Origin: Catajapyx aquilonaris
Lineage: Eukaryota
Length of the DNA stretch: 64,000 bases
Assembly: GCA_000934665.2 (NCBI GenBank)
Contig: KZ538013.1
Location: 1-64,000, forward strand
Direction: 5' to 3'
In this document: in pieces, positions 1 to 12,864 of the stretch
Layout of the letters: every line of letters begins with the position of its first letter
Numbering within the stretch: position 1 is the stretch's first letter
Made by a program: the position numbers and the translations under genes
Notes under the pieces: model-generated
Told to the model about the DNA's origin: nothing
Seen by the model: the letters and a program-made list of their open reading frames with translations, nothing else
Database searches by the model: none

Positions 1-259
1 ACAACGGCGTAAGTCCGACGTCTCTCCGACCTCGGGAAGTGGGAGATCTTTTCCATCCTATATCCTCCTCGGATTGGGGCTTTATATATATTAGATTTCC
101 AGGTAGTTATGATTTCCTAAAATCAATGCAAGTAGCTTCCTTCATCAGCCATGTAGGTGTCAGTGTTTCTATTTCTTGTTCAGGCCTAAACTTAGTTCAA
201 ATGATAATGCACGTCACTTTTATTTTCTCATAATTCACGAGCTGTTAATTTTATTCTAG

Positions 260-1405
260 AAATCGCGCCTGGAATTTACAACTTAAAACGTGGATCACTC
301 TGCAGTATTATAAGTGGAGGAGGTGATGGAATGGTGCAGACATGGACATTCAAACTTATGGTTAGAATTTCAGCAAAATCCGAATGTGTTCATTTTTAGC
401 GTTAAACTACTCGTATAAGCATAAATTACGATTGTCACTCAGGGTTTCATTATAACACTCATTTGTCACATCCTACTCACAGACTGTCAGACTGACAGGG
501 GAAATTGAACTAGCGAGATGGACAAGAAAGATTTATGTCAGCAATATTAATGACAAGAAACACTCATTGCATGAGTACAAAAGCTATTATATACGTACAA
601 TCACAATCAAATCTCTTCTATTTGAGCTAATACTACGAGCCAACTGACCGAAAAGTAATATGATTTTGTGGAACTTTTTTTCAGCCGAAGGCAAATTGCT
701 TCATACACGTGGAGTGTCCGTGCAGAAACTTCAAGTTGTGGAAAGGAACTTGCCTGAGAGCCATTTCAGGAGAGAGGAAAGGGTTTGTTCATATTATTAT
801 TGATAGTGAGCTAGTGCATGTCCCTTTATGCCTTTCAGTAAGCAGCAATATGTAGCCCTATATTTCATTTCATTTGATTGCAGAGAATGTATTGGTGCTA
901 GAGTCAAGGCACGTCAATTTATCATAAATGCACCACCAGAAGATAGGGACTTCTTATGCCGCGTGTATTGCATAAGACCAGGTACAGTATATTATGACTA
1001 TCATCCTGCTATCATCTTTATTAGAATGAAATTGATTTCAGGATTCAAATTGTGTTTTTACACATAACTTAGACTACAACAGCATTTCCATAGACCTGCA
1101 CATGATGGGAATTATAAGGCCATCGTGCAATAATGAAGTAGTCGTACTGTAGGCCTACATATAGTGCATGCGTAACATACATCATAGCCATTATTTTGCT
1201 GAAATTAATACTGCGTAACTGACATCCAACCATTACAGGTGACTTTCTCGACATGCCGCGAACAGACTGCGGTTTTGGTTACGATGGCACAGAAAGACCA
1301 CCGACATACACCGTTACTGTCATAGTAAAACCCACCAATGCAACCACCAAGCCCACAACGGCTACGACAAAACCTACCACGACAACTCCAAAACCTGCTG
1401 GATGA
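260..1405 (+). CDS. Secreted Cys-rich/Thr-Pro-tail family, copy 1 (5' partial; exons 1-2 lie upstream of the window)
   Basis: Exons 260-360, 685-782, 884-981, 1239-1405, all GT..AG, phases 1/0/2/1 as in copies 2-5. Translation: IAPGIYNLKRGSLCSII..QTWTFKLM|PKANCFIHVECPCRNFKLWKGTCLRAISGERKG|ECIGARVK..FLCRVYCIRPG|DFLDMPRTDCGFG..KPTNATTKPTTATTKPTTTTPKPAG*. AATAAA at 1505-1510. Confidence 0.85.
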
Positions 1406-2381
1406 TAATAATCGGCCTTTATTTTGCTGCACGACTTGGCATCCCAATATAATTTATGAACACGATCATTTTGTAACATTCTCGCAACATTAAGCAATTA
1501 CCGCAATAAAACGTGCCTAAAGGATGGTTCCTAAACGCACAGTATCATTCAAACAATTAACAAATAACTTACACGATACCCATTATTTTTAAGTTCATTA
1601 ATTTTGACCGTAGGCTCCATGGTACGTAACATTACTATCCTTAAAAGCTAGCGATTCTACCCGTCTATACCTCTCCGGATACCATAATCTTACATTCTGA
1701 GGCAATTCTTTCATTAATGTCACTTTGCCCAGAGCAGTGGTGATACATGACCCGTCTTTTAATCCTTGTACTGGTAATTAAAACACAATCAAGGTCCTAA
1801 TATAAGAACAGTATTGTGTTCAATAAGTAACTCCCTTCTTCAGCAGCAATTTGTTCATTGCTCCTTGCTAAGATTTATCTGATGCCATGAGCCTGGTTGA
1901 GGCTGCTAGAGGGGGGCTAAAGTGGCAATCTCTCCGCCTATTATTGGTTCTTTGCGGATTTGAAAAATCTTTTGCATTTCGCGGAGGAGAATACAAAAAT
2001 ACAAAGAGTGAATATGTCATTTTTAAATTTCTTCAGTAAAAAAAATCATTGCGATTTGTGACACCCCGGGTGGCAACAATTCTTTGGTTGTTCATTGCTG
2101 TCAACAGGAAACGAATCTGTTATCTGAGAGAAACTACAGTTCATATTTTTACCCGTATTTTTTATAATCATTTACTTTTATCATATAATTACTGCCCTAT
2201 ATCTTCACTCAAGGGTGGGGTATTTTTCCGCACATCTATACATACTGTAGGCTACAAAATGAGTCTTCGATCAATTTGGTACATTATGTGATTGTACAGT
2301 ATATTAGGTGAACTGATAATTTCCATTTAAAATGTCGCTGATAGCCTACATTTTTTTTGTAAAATTGCAGCTGCTGGAACG

Positions 2382-2447
2382 TTGATGGGAGCGAACCTGT
2401 TATGTCACCTGTTATGCAATATAGCATAACAGGTTCGCTCCCATCAA
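2382..2447. repeat. Perfect 23-bp inverted repeat with 20-nt spacer (hairpin or collapsed MITE)
   Basis: ttgatgggagcgaacctgttatg (2382-2404) is the exact reverse complement of cataacaggttcgctcccatcaa (2425-2447). Confidence 0.85.
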
Positions 2448-4482
2448 AAAATGGTGTTCTTGGGTCACATTTTGTGGAATAAAAACATATGGCTAATCAA
2501 GAGAAGCCTCACTCATCGACTCATAGCTGCTGGAATGGAACAATGGAAGACCTCTTCATCAAGGGAGTCATCGGCTCATCGCATTATACAACATACTGTA
2601 GAGCTCTGCTAGTTGTCTTGATCAATGATGCCGAGTAGTCGGCCCAGAACTCTAGCGTGATTGAATATGAGTGTCACATGTGTGCGTTGTCGATTGGTAC
2701 TGGCTCTGAAAGCACATAGGCACAGGACAATGAAGACTACTACTGTGTCACATGATTCAAGGAAAGGTATGTATTGGAGAACAGCTGCTTATTGAGTTTT
2801 TGAGTTTGTCTAATATTGTATAACTGTAGTGTATAAGTACTCGTACAACGAAGGGGAATATTACATTGCAAGACGGAGGTAAATCACTAATGCATTTGGT
2901 CTTCGTAGAGAAGGGTTTGCATACGACACTGACACTTGTATAAAGTGGAGAGTATTCCATTTACACCAATACAGACTACAAAAAAGAAATGTGACACTAA
3001 AGTGAGCTACTAGTTACATGTTCAGGTTGTTTGGGAGTCTCCACAGGTTCGAATCCCTGTGGATATCGTCCTGAATTGTGTTTTGGTGGTTTCTGTGATT
3101 GCCCTTACCTTGTACACACGAAACGGAGAGACGTATACGTATGTCATATGACACACACACAAGACAAAACGTGTCAGGAAATCTCATCAATGCGTTTTTT
3201 TCGTCAAATGACAGAACTGCGTGATATGTGGTAGTAATATATTCTGTTATGTGCAAATACACTCCAAAACGTCTCCGATGACAAGTGTTGCAGGATGGAA
3301 GGATGAGACTGTCTTATGTATGCCATTGGACAACCGTGTGGTTTTCTGTGGCAAAATGTGTCTTTCAGCTCGTATTTTCATGTAATGTATACATTTTACT
3401 CCGCCGCGCCGCGCCGGTTTCGGAAAAGTCACACATTTTGTTGTGTCGAAATATACGATATACAGCATACAGTATACTCGTACACAGTACTCTAATGATG
3501 CAATACCTCAATGAGTAATACGTTGCAAATGTTTAAAAATTATACTGACCAGAAAAGTAAATGCTGTTCTCAGAGCATGTGCTTTAAACAGAGTTATAAA
3601 CTTATGCAGATTTTGAAACAGCCACTTTAAGTCAAATCATGTGCGATATCCTACATCTTAATACAGTAATACTGTATTGGTTTTACTGTTGTGACGTACC
3701 GTTGCCCCATCACACTGTGTAATTTACATGACGAAAAGGGACAAACCTACTTGTCGTAGGTTGAGTATAGTCTACAGATGCACACTATACGGCTACGCAA
3801 GGACATCTTTCAAAGTGGAGTTGATATATAATCTCTGTTGCAAGAAAGTAAGCTAAATGGCCCAATTTTTACAGGCCTGTTCCCGAATAGAAGTAGTTCA
3901 TAACATGATGAATTTCACAACTGTAAGTAATGTAGCTTCTGGTTATCATGCTCTCCACAATGATCTCAAATGGATATAAAACACTGCCCAAAATCCCCAT
4001 CATTTTGATTACGTTGCAGTCATTTCGTGACCTCGCCAGCCCCTCTTTCGTGCCTGATTCGCCTGGTGTCAAACCACAGCGAACACTGCTCGTCTCCATA
4101 TGACGCACATGCCCCAAGGGACTCATTGTCTCCATTAGAAGCCTGCGTATCCTGCCGTGAGCAGTTTTCCTAAATTAACACATACGATGTCTCATCCTGT
4201 GGCTCAAATTTCCCCGAGCCAACTCCTGTTGGTGTGACCGGTGTGACCTAATGAGGTGTAATGCCTTACTCATCGTATTCAATGTCATGAAACATTTAAT
4301 CGCATGAAAGACGAGGAAGACGCTCCCTGTCACACATCACACCTGCTGGTACCCGTACTTTCGCATTGGCAGGATGCACTGTATAACAGTGATAGAATCT
4401 TGCGGTCGAAGGGACTTGCTGTTCGTGAGTCACCTGTGGCAAAATAAAAAGAGAGGGCAAGGCAACAGCATCAGCACCCACC

Positions 4483-6227
4483 ATGGCGACCATGATGGCG
4501 ACCGCTTCATCAGGGGCAGTCACAGGACTGCATCTGCTTCTAATTCTCTTAATTAATGTCCACATTAGCAATCAGGCAAAAAAAGTAAGTTTTATCCTTT
4601 TCATACTATCTAGACTGTATAGAGGGTGCATGATTGTGTATTGTAAACTCGTGGAGTTAGTCCAATTTATTGCAAAGTATATTTAAGTTACGCGTTATGA
4701 TTGTCATTCGGAAAGTCCTGTGTTTGAAACCCTGTGCCTGCAGATTTTCCCTGGTCGACATATTCTGTTCTTTTCTCTATTTGACTACCAGAGCAATTTA
4801 GAAACTCCGAAAAGGTCACATATGCAGATGGTAACTTACGGTGACTTACTTCTCTATTTGTCTCCCTAAACGCTATGATGATATTCGATTTTTTCAGGCT
4901 CCTACCAGAATACTAGGGCAAGTGTTGGACCCAGAGGAATTTTACGCCGGTATGTTACTGTTTTGTTTACATTAGATTGCGATTTGGCTGTAATAATGCC
5001 ATTAATAAGACCTCGTTTTGTTGGTACCACCTTAATTTCCAGTTCGTTATAATTACCTACTATCTAAGACTATAGCTTTCTTAATCATTCATGCAGGCGG
5101 TCAGTGGTTCATAATTCCTTGTTCAGGCCTCAACTTGTCTTAGTTGAAAAGATAAGGAGCATCCCTATTACACAGTATTGTCATATTTGACGAGCTATTA
5201 ATTTTATTATAGAAATCAATCCTGGAATTTACAGCTTGAAGCGCGGATCACTCTGCAGTATTATGGGTGGAGGAGGAGATGGAATGGTGCAGACATGGAC
5301 ATTCAAACTTATGGTACGAATGAAGAAAATATAGGGACAAAGGATAGCAAATGCATGCTTATGGCCTAGTCAAGTGAGCATTCAGTCATTTAAATTAACT
5401 GTGTTGTTAACGTCTCAATTTGTCCAGACTGAAAAAACACCATAATAATTCGAGCTAATACTACAAGTACAAGCCACCTGACCTAAAAGTCATATGACTT
5501 TGTGGACTTTTTTTTCAGCCGAAGGCAAAGTGTTTCATACACGTGATGTGTCCGTGCGGACAGATCAAGTTGAAGAAAGGAACATGCCTGAGAGCTGTTG
5601 CAGGAGAGAGGAAAGGGTTTGTTCAAATTACGACTATTATTATTTATAGTGATCTACTGTGGTGCATGCCCTTGTATGCCATTCAGTTTGTGGCAAGATG
5701 CGTTCTCATTAAGTACACTTTTATTTTATTTCATTGCAGAGAATGTACCGGTGTTAGAGTGAAGTCACGTCAACTTATTATAAGTGTACCAGATGATAGC
5801 GAGTTCATATGCCGGGTGTATTGCATTAAACCAGGTACTAATATCATCATTATGATAATGAAATTGATTTCAGGATTCAAATTGCGTATTTAAACATAAC
5901 TTATTACACTACAACAGCATGTCCATAGACCTGCACATGATGTGACATACGGTCATCGTGCAATAATGAAGTAGTCGTACATAGTGCATGCGTAACATAT
6001 ATATACATCATAGCCATTTGCTGAAATTAATACTGCGTAACTGACATCCAACCATTTCAGGTGACATTCTCGACATTCCGCGAACAGACTGCGGTATAGG
6101 TTACGATGGCACAGAAGAAACACCGACGTTCACCGTTACTGTCATAGTAAAACCCACCAATGCAACCACCAAGCCCACGACGGCTACGACAAAAGCCACC
6201 ACGACAACACCAAAACCAGCTGGGTGA
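4483..6227 (+). CDS. Secreted Cys-rich/Thr-Pro-tail family, copy 2 (about 204 aa)
   Basis: Exons 4483-4584, 4898-4949, 5213-5313, 5519-5616, 5740-5834, 6061-6227 (615 nt, open frame). Hydrophobic signal (LHLLLILLINV), 9 Cys including CPC, tail KPTNATTKPTTATTKATTTTPKPAG*. The start codon could be any of three nearby ATGs. Confidence 0.88.
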
Positions 6228-7171
6228 TGTTGCTGTGTGCAGAGGCGTTTCTGCGGAAAATGACGGATATGGCAAGGACTGAAATTGCGTCCCTGCCCAC
6301 ACATCTGAAACACATCTTTCAGATAATTTTTATCATTAAATCAGCGGCTCAAATATACCAGACAAAACTTCATGAATATTTTATTGACATATGACACTAC
6401 TCATAAAAATTACAACCGCGCCTTCCTTGCTTTCACTGATGCAATTTGGTCTATGATGCGCGGTAAAAGTCAGTTTTTGTCAGTTTTTTCTCTTTATACA
6501 CTCGGCAGAGCAAGATAAGAGAGTCTGGTGCGTTGATCCGTGGAGAAATCGTAGTGCTTCTCGCTTCTATGCAACACGATATTTGTCCATGGGACTTCAT
6601 TTCCATAGTTCCTTAGGTCACTCGTATAACTCATATAATGACATTTCATTTTGTCTGACCTTTGTTTTTGACCCAGGGGCATTCAAAAACCCGAAGTCAT
6701 CGAAATATGTGTCATTTCAAATCAAATGGGCCGAAATTCTGCTTTAGACCATCTCAGATTTTGGTGAAAAAAATCACAGCTGTACACACCTATAGACCTA
6801 TAAGTTTGCGTCTATCGTGATTGAATATGAACATGCACTGAACATGTGTGCGTTCTCGATTGGTACTGGTTCTGGAAAGCCCATAGGTACAGAACAATGA
6901 AGACTACTGTGTTACACGATTCAAGAAAAGGTATTGGATGAACAGCTGACTATTGAGTTTGAGTTTGTCTAACGTAAGTGTAAGTACAAAGAAGTGGATA
7001 TTACATTGCAAGACGGAAGAAAATCATTAATGTATTGGTCTTCGTAGATAAGACTTAGCATATAGGACACTGCTATAGTATTACAACACTAAAGTGGAGA
7101 GAAGACGTATTTTCGTGTAGTGTACATTTTAACACTATGCCGGTTTCGGAAAAAGGACACATTTTCTTGTG

Positions 7172-7172
<1 letters not shown>

Positions 7173-7244
<72 letters not shown>
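7173..7244. repeat. (CAT)24 microsatellite
   Basis: Uninterrupted CAT run; absent from the paralogous position near 3445. Confidence 0.95.
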
Positions 7245-7967
7245 TTAAATGTAAGTAATCCCTGGTATAGTCTACACACTACGGCTATGCAAGGAAATCT
7301 TTCAAATATGAGTTATCATAATATCATCTTTGTTGCAGGGAAGGAAGCCTGATGCCCCAATTTTACATGCATTTGTCCAAATAGTAGTTATAAACTGATG
7401 AATTTTACAACGGTAAGTAATATAGCTCGTAGTTAGCATGCTCTTCTCAATGTTATCAAATGGGTATAAAACACTGCCAAAAATCCCCATCACTTTGATT
7501 ATACACTATTGCAGTAATTTCGTGACCGCGCCAGCACCTCATTCGTGTCATATACTCCTGAGTGTCAAAACACAAATGAACACTGGTCATCCGCATGTAA
7601 CGCACATGCCACAAGGGACTCATTGTCTCCATTAGAATTCTACGTATCCTGCCGTGAGTAGTTTTGCTAAATTAACACATGCGATTTCTCATTCTGTGGC
7701 TCAAATTTTCCAGAGCCAACTCCTGTTTGGTGTGATCTAATGAGGTGCAATGCCTTGTCCATCAGCCAATGTTGTGAAATTCTTAAGCATGAAAGACGAG
7801 GAAGACAATCGGTGTCACACATCACACCTGATGGTACTTTCGCATTGGCAGGATACATTGTATAATAGTGATATAATGTTGCTGTCGAAGCGACATGCCT
7901 TTCGTGAGTCACATGTGTCAAAATGAAAAGAGAGGGCCAGGCAACAACATCAGCTCCCGTGGCGACC

Positions 7968-10004
7968 ATGGTGGAGGCCGCTTCATCAGGGGCAGTCACC
8001 GGACTGCTTCTGCCTCTAATTCTCCTACTTAATGTCCACATCAGCAGTCAGGCCAAAAAAGTAAGTTTGAGCCTCGTCCTCGTATCATACAGAAGGGTGA
8101 CTGAACACTGGGTGCTATACATACAGAATGTGTTGTAAACTCGTTGACGGTATTGGCACTGCACTGGTATGGGACAATGCAAGTATGTGACTCAAGGAAG
8201 TAAAGGAAGAAGTAAATTATGATGTTGAGTTAGTCCAATTGCGAAGTATAAAATTATGTTATCCATTGTGGTTGTTTTTCGTATTCGTAATGTGCAGTAT
8301 TCTTGCTTATTTTTCCTGATCAAGTTTTTCTGGGGTGTTCCCGGGTTTATTATCGCTCGTCATGTCGCTTACATGTAATGCACCTTGAACCTTTTTTTCT
8401 CAGCCTCCTACACGAATAATAGGGCAAGTTTTGGACACGGAGGAATTTTACGCAGGTATGTGGCTGTGTTGTTTTCATCAGATTATGAAGTGATTTGTGT
8501 GTAATGATACTGTAATACTGATCATACCTCTCTCTTTCTTTGCCACCTTAATTAAGTTATATTATTTCCAGTTAGTTATCATTTCCTGCAATCAGCGCAT
8601 GACTCTTCCTTCATCAGCCATGTAGGCGAAAGTGGTTCATAATTCCGCCTTGTTTAGTCCTAGTATACTTGGTTGTTATTAGTTCAAATAATACTGCACG
8701 TCACTTTCATTTTGTCATAATAATTCACGAGCTATTAATTTTCTTCTAGAAATCGGGCCTGGAATTTACAACTTAAAACGTGGATCACTCTGCAGTATTA
8801 TCGGTGGAGGAGGAGATGGAATGGTGCAGACATGGACATTCAGAATTATGGTAAGGATTTCAGTAAAATCCGAATGTGTTAATTTTGAACTTTAATAAGC
8901 ATCAATATTACCATTTTGTCGCATGAAGTCCGTTCTCAGAGCTTCATTATAACACTGAGAGGATTGTCATGCATCTTACTCTGAAGCAGAGAGCTAGAGG
9001 GATGGACAGGCATTTATGTCAGTAATTAATGACAAGCAACCCTCATTACATGAGTACACAAGCTACGAAAAATCACAACCTCTTCTCTATTCTCCCAAGC
9101 ACCCAGCTGCACCTGCTATAGCATGGACTAGTGCACTAGGACCAATAACGTCGTAATTTGCCCATATTGAAAAATTTGATCAATACTAAAACTATACTAC
9201 ACGCCACCTGATAGAAAATAATGTAACGCAATATTAATTTGTTAAACTTTTTTCAGCCGAAGGCAAAGTGTTCCATACACGTGAAGTGTCCGTGCGGAAA
9301 GCTCAAGTTGAAGAAAGCGGGAACATGCTTGAGAGCCCTTGGAGGAGACAGGAAAGGGTTTGTTCACATTATTATTGATAGTGATTATTATAATTCATGT
9401 CCTTGTATGCCGTTCAGTAAGCAGCAATATGTAGCCCTATATTTTATTTCATTTTGTTGCAGAGAATGTATTGGTACTAGAGTCAAGTCACGTCAACTTA
9501 TCATAATAGCACCAGAAGATAGCGACTTCTTATGCCGCGTATTTTGCATTAGACCAGGTATGACTATCATCATTATGAGAATGAAATTGATTTCAGGATT
9601 CATCTAATTGTGTTTTAAAACATAACTTAGACTACAACAGCATTTCCATAGACCTGCACATGATGGTAATTAAGGCCATCGTGCAATAATGAAGTACCCG
9701 TACATATAGTGCATGCGTAACACACCACGTACATCATTACCACTTGCTGAAATTAATACTGCGTAACTCACATCCAACCATTTCAGGTGACACTCTCGAC
9801 ATGCCGCGAACAGACTGTGGTTTAGGTTACGATGGCACAGAAGAACCACCGACATACACCGTTACTGTCACAGTAAAGCCCACCACCAAACCAACCACCA
9901 AACCAACCACCAAACCCACCACCAAACCCCCAGTGGCTACAACAAAACCGACAGTGGCTACAACAAAACCGACGGTGGCTACAACAAAAAAACCTGCTGG
10001 GTGA
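7968..10004 (+). CDS. Secreted Cys-rich/Thr-Pro-tail family, copy 3 (about 219 aa)
   Basis: Exons 7968-8060, 8404-8455, 8750-8850, 9257-9357, 9463-9557, 9787-10004 (660 nt). Tail (KPTT)4 KPP then three VATTK units, ending KPAG*. ATTAAA at 10103. An in-frame upstream ATG at 7923 is also possible. Confidence 0.88.
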
Positions 10005-10944
10005 TATTAATATGCGGATTGGCCTTCACTCTGCTCCACGACTTGAAATCCCAATTTGAACCTAATCATCAGTAACATTCTCAACATCAAACAATTACCG
10101 ACATTAAAACGTGCCTGAAAAGGGTGCCTAAATGCACAGTACCATTCAATCAAATAACATAGATTATTTATACATTTCATTAATTTCGACTGTACATTGT
10201 AACTAGCTTGAAAAGCTAAAGATTCTACCAGTTAACCTCTAAGAATACCATGTAACGGGATACAATTCTTTCATCAATGTAACTTTGTTCAAAACAGTGA
10301 TTACCCTTCTTTTATTCCTTGTACAGTACATGTAATTAAAACACACCCAAGGACAGAATTAAAATAACGCATACATAATTATGTTGTATTTTATTATTTT
10401 ATTGAACAATCGCCCGTATTCTGTGATGTACTGGATATGATGTATACGGTAATCAGAATATTCACTCTGTTTTGGAAGAATACTTTTTCATCATTACATC
10501 AGCAGTGTATAGGTGACGTGCTCTTGATTTTTACTGCATCGATGAAGGTTTCGTTTTGGCAATTAACTACCCTGTGCCCTGGCGGCCCTGGAGCTCATCC
10601 ACCTCAAGATATCCTTCATAGCTTTAAATCGTTACCACTACTTGTCTAATAATGCGATGATCGTCGAAAGGCCTGGATGGCAGCACCAAACCAACATCGA
10701 AATATTGAGCGAGGTCACTTACAAAAAAAAAAGGCCAATCCAAACAACCAGTACTAAGGGAATCGTCATGGTCAGGTTTATTGTCCGTGTAGCGAATAAA
10801 AAATCTATGTTACGCCTGTTATTTACTCCTGTTTTGCCCGTGAAAGTGACAGTTTTATGTGGCGGATGTGTAAAAGGCCAGTGCGTGGGGGAATCCTCCA
10901 TATATGCGGATATGCAAAAATACGCGGTAGTCTGTGAGTGTGAA

Positions 10945-12864
10945 ATGGACCACCAGAATCGGGGGCTGCTGGCCATTGCTCTAATTTTGATATTTTCTCC
11001 ACTGCAAGTCCTAGCAGAGCTCGCCGTAGATGATGGAGAGGTGGTGAAAGACGTAAGTGACAGGTTTTTTTGCGATTTTTGCTTCATGGTCAGTATATAG
11101 CCATGTTTTACGCCCGTATAAGAACGGAGCCCTCTGCCCTCCTGCTAAATGCAATATTAGCCATAATGACAAGTTATCATTAGCACAGTTTTCGAAACAC
11201 CTACAGTATTATACTGACTGCTTTGCCCCCCAGAGAGCCGGAGAACCCGAATTAGAAAGAAGCTCCAAGCAAATGAATGGTGACCAGCAGAGCTATGATC
11301 GACAGAAGAGAGCGCAGAGAAGAAACATCACGCTTCTGCGATCCAATCAGATTTACCAAGGTATACTGTAACTAGAAACCAATGTTATTGCTTGCAATAT
11401 TGCTCTGAAATTTTGTAGGTTTGCCACCTGGTAGCTACAGGATGCTGTCGAACTCAGTGGCTGTCATCACCAATCAAGATCGATTCGGAAGCAAAGGTCG
11501 ACCCAACAAGACTTCGCGTAATAATGGACTGGGGCCTAATGTAGTTGTACTTTCTGCCAAGTCATACACCTTTGCAGCTGGGGTAAGCTTTCCATCATTA
11601 TAATGGCAGCTAATATAGGTCACTGGTTCTTGAAGATCGACGAATTTTTGTCACCCACGACACAACTACGCTAGTATTGACTCTAATTTCCTGTGCTCAT
11701 TCTCTGACTGATACGTGTGAAATAAGACAGTTTTTCCTCTTCACACTAGCCCAGAGCCGGATGCCTAATCAGTGTCAGATGTCCCTGCGGAAGAGTCTAT
11801 TTTAGGAACAGAACTTGCATCAGGATAACCAGAGGACCCAACCGAGGGTAAATAATGACAAGCGACTGACTCATTTGAAGACATCTGCCCATATCTCACA
11901 CATTCCTTCAGGTTCATGGGATATATAATTATGACAGACACAAAACCCAGACAAATGAGGGAATTTTCACGAAATTTCATCATCTTGGCTGGGTGTTAAT
12001 TTTTGGAAAGAACTAAGAAGATACATTGTTAAGTGTCATTCACAACACATATACTTACTTGATTTGATTCTTGGTAAATATAAAAAATGGTACCATATGC
12101 TGACTATTGTGCCAAGTTGTTTCCAGAACACCTATCAGCATACACGTTACGCAGAAAATATAACGTTTGTTGACTTGGAGTTGGAGACATGATTGTTTTT
12201 AAGACTTGTATGAATTCCTACATAGATTTTAGAGGAATTCTGCATTTGCATAAACCTAACGAAAATAATAATTTTATTCTAGGCGATGCAGCGACATGTT
12301 ATTTGCAAGAAAGCAGCGCGTCAGGCTAAATATAATGCCCAACTACCAGTTCAATTGTCGGGTGTTCTGCGTGCAGAGAGGTATGTACAGTATATAGAAT
12401 TCCTTTTGTTTATATAGCTGAGAAATATTCTCCTGTAATTTATCACCTGTCTTCCGCCGTGAGTTCTATTGACAATTCGGTGCTGATGTCTTTCAGGACA
12501 AGTGTTGGCTCTCGCACCTGTAGACTGCAGTGTTCCTGATGGAGACCAAGACATTACATCAGAGCCTCCCACAACTAATACAACCATCACAGTCACTGCC
12601 TCTACTGCCACCCGCAACACAACTACGACTAGACTCACTACCACCACCAGGCCAGCCAACACTACAACCAGGCCTACAACCAGATCACCGACAACGACTC
12701 GGCCTACGACAACTAGGCCTCCAACTACCACTCCCGCAGCCACGACCACAACCAGGCCCACAACCAGACCTACAACCAGACCTACAACCAGACCCACAAC
12801 CAGACCCACAACCAGACCCACAACCACGCCTGCAACGACAACCACAACAAGGCCTTCTGGATAA
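10945..12864 (+). CDS. Secreted Cys-rich/Thr-Pro-tail family, copy 4 (divergent, about 320 aa, with pro-region)
   Basis: Exons 10945-11052, 11234-11360, 11419-11582, 11750-11847, 12283-12380, 12497-12864 (963 nt), same phases. Signal MDHQNRGLLAIALILIFSPLQVLA, RQKR site, PRAGCLISVRCPCGRVYFRNRTCIR, FNCRVFCVQRG, (RPTT)6 tail ending PSG*. AATAAA at 12902. Confidence 0.85.

Larger units (their letters stand above)
2656..8060 (+). repeat. Duplicated upstream regions of copies 2 and 3 (about 2656-4584 vs 6816-8060)
   Basis: Colinear shared blocks, e.g. cgtgattgaatatga (2656/6816), atattacattgcaagacgga, tataaaacactgcc..aaatccccatca, gggactcattgtctccattagaa, gcatgaaagacgaggaagac. Confidence 0.9.

Noticed and set aside
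1279..1497. Minus-strand Val/Gly-rich 'membrane' ORF (also 6101-6313)
   Set aside because: Antisense shadow of the Thr/Pro tail exon (ACN/CCN codons).
7137..7352. Poly-His ORF
   Set aside because: Translation of a (CAT)n microsatellite in a non-coding region; absent from the paralogous region.
10642..10944. N-terminal extension of ORF 10642-11100
   Set aside because: The signal-peptide ATG at 10945 and donor at 11053 explain the coding part; the rest has no support.
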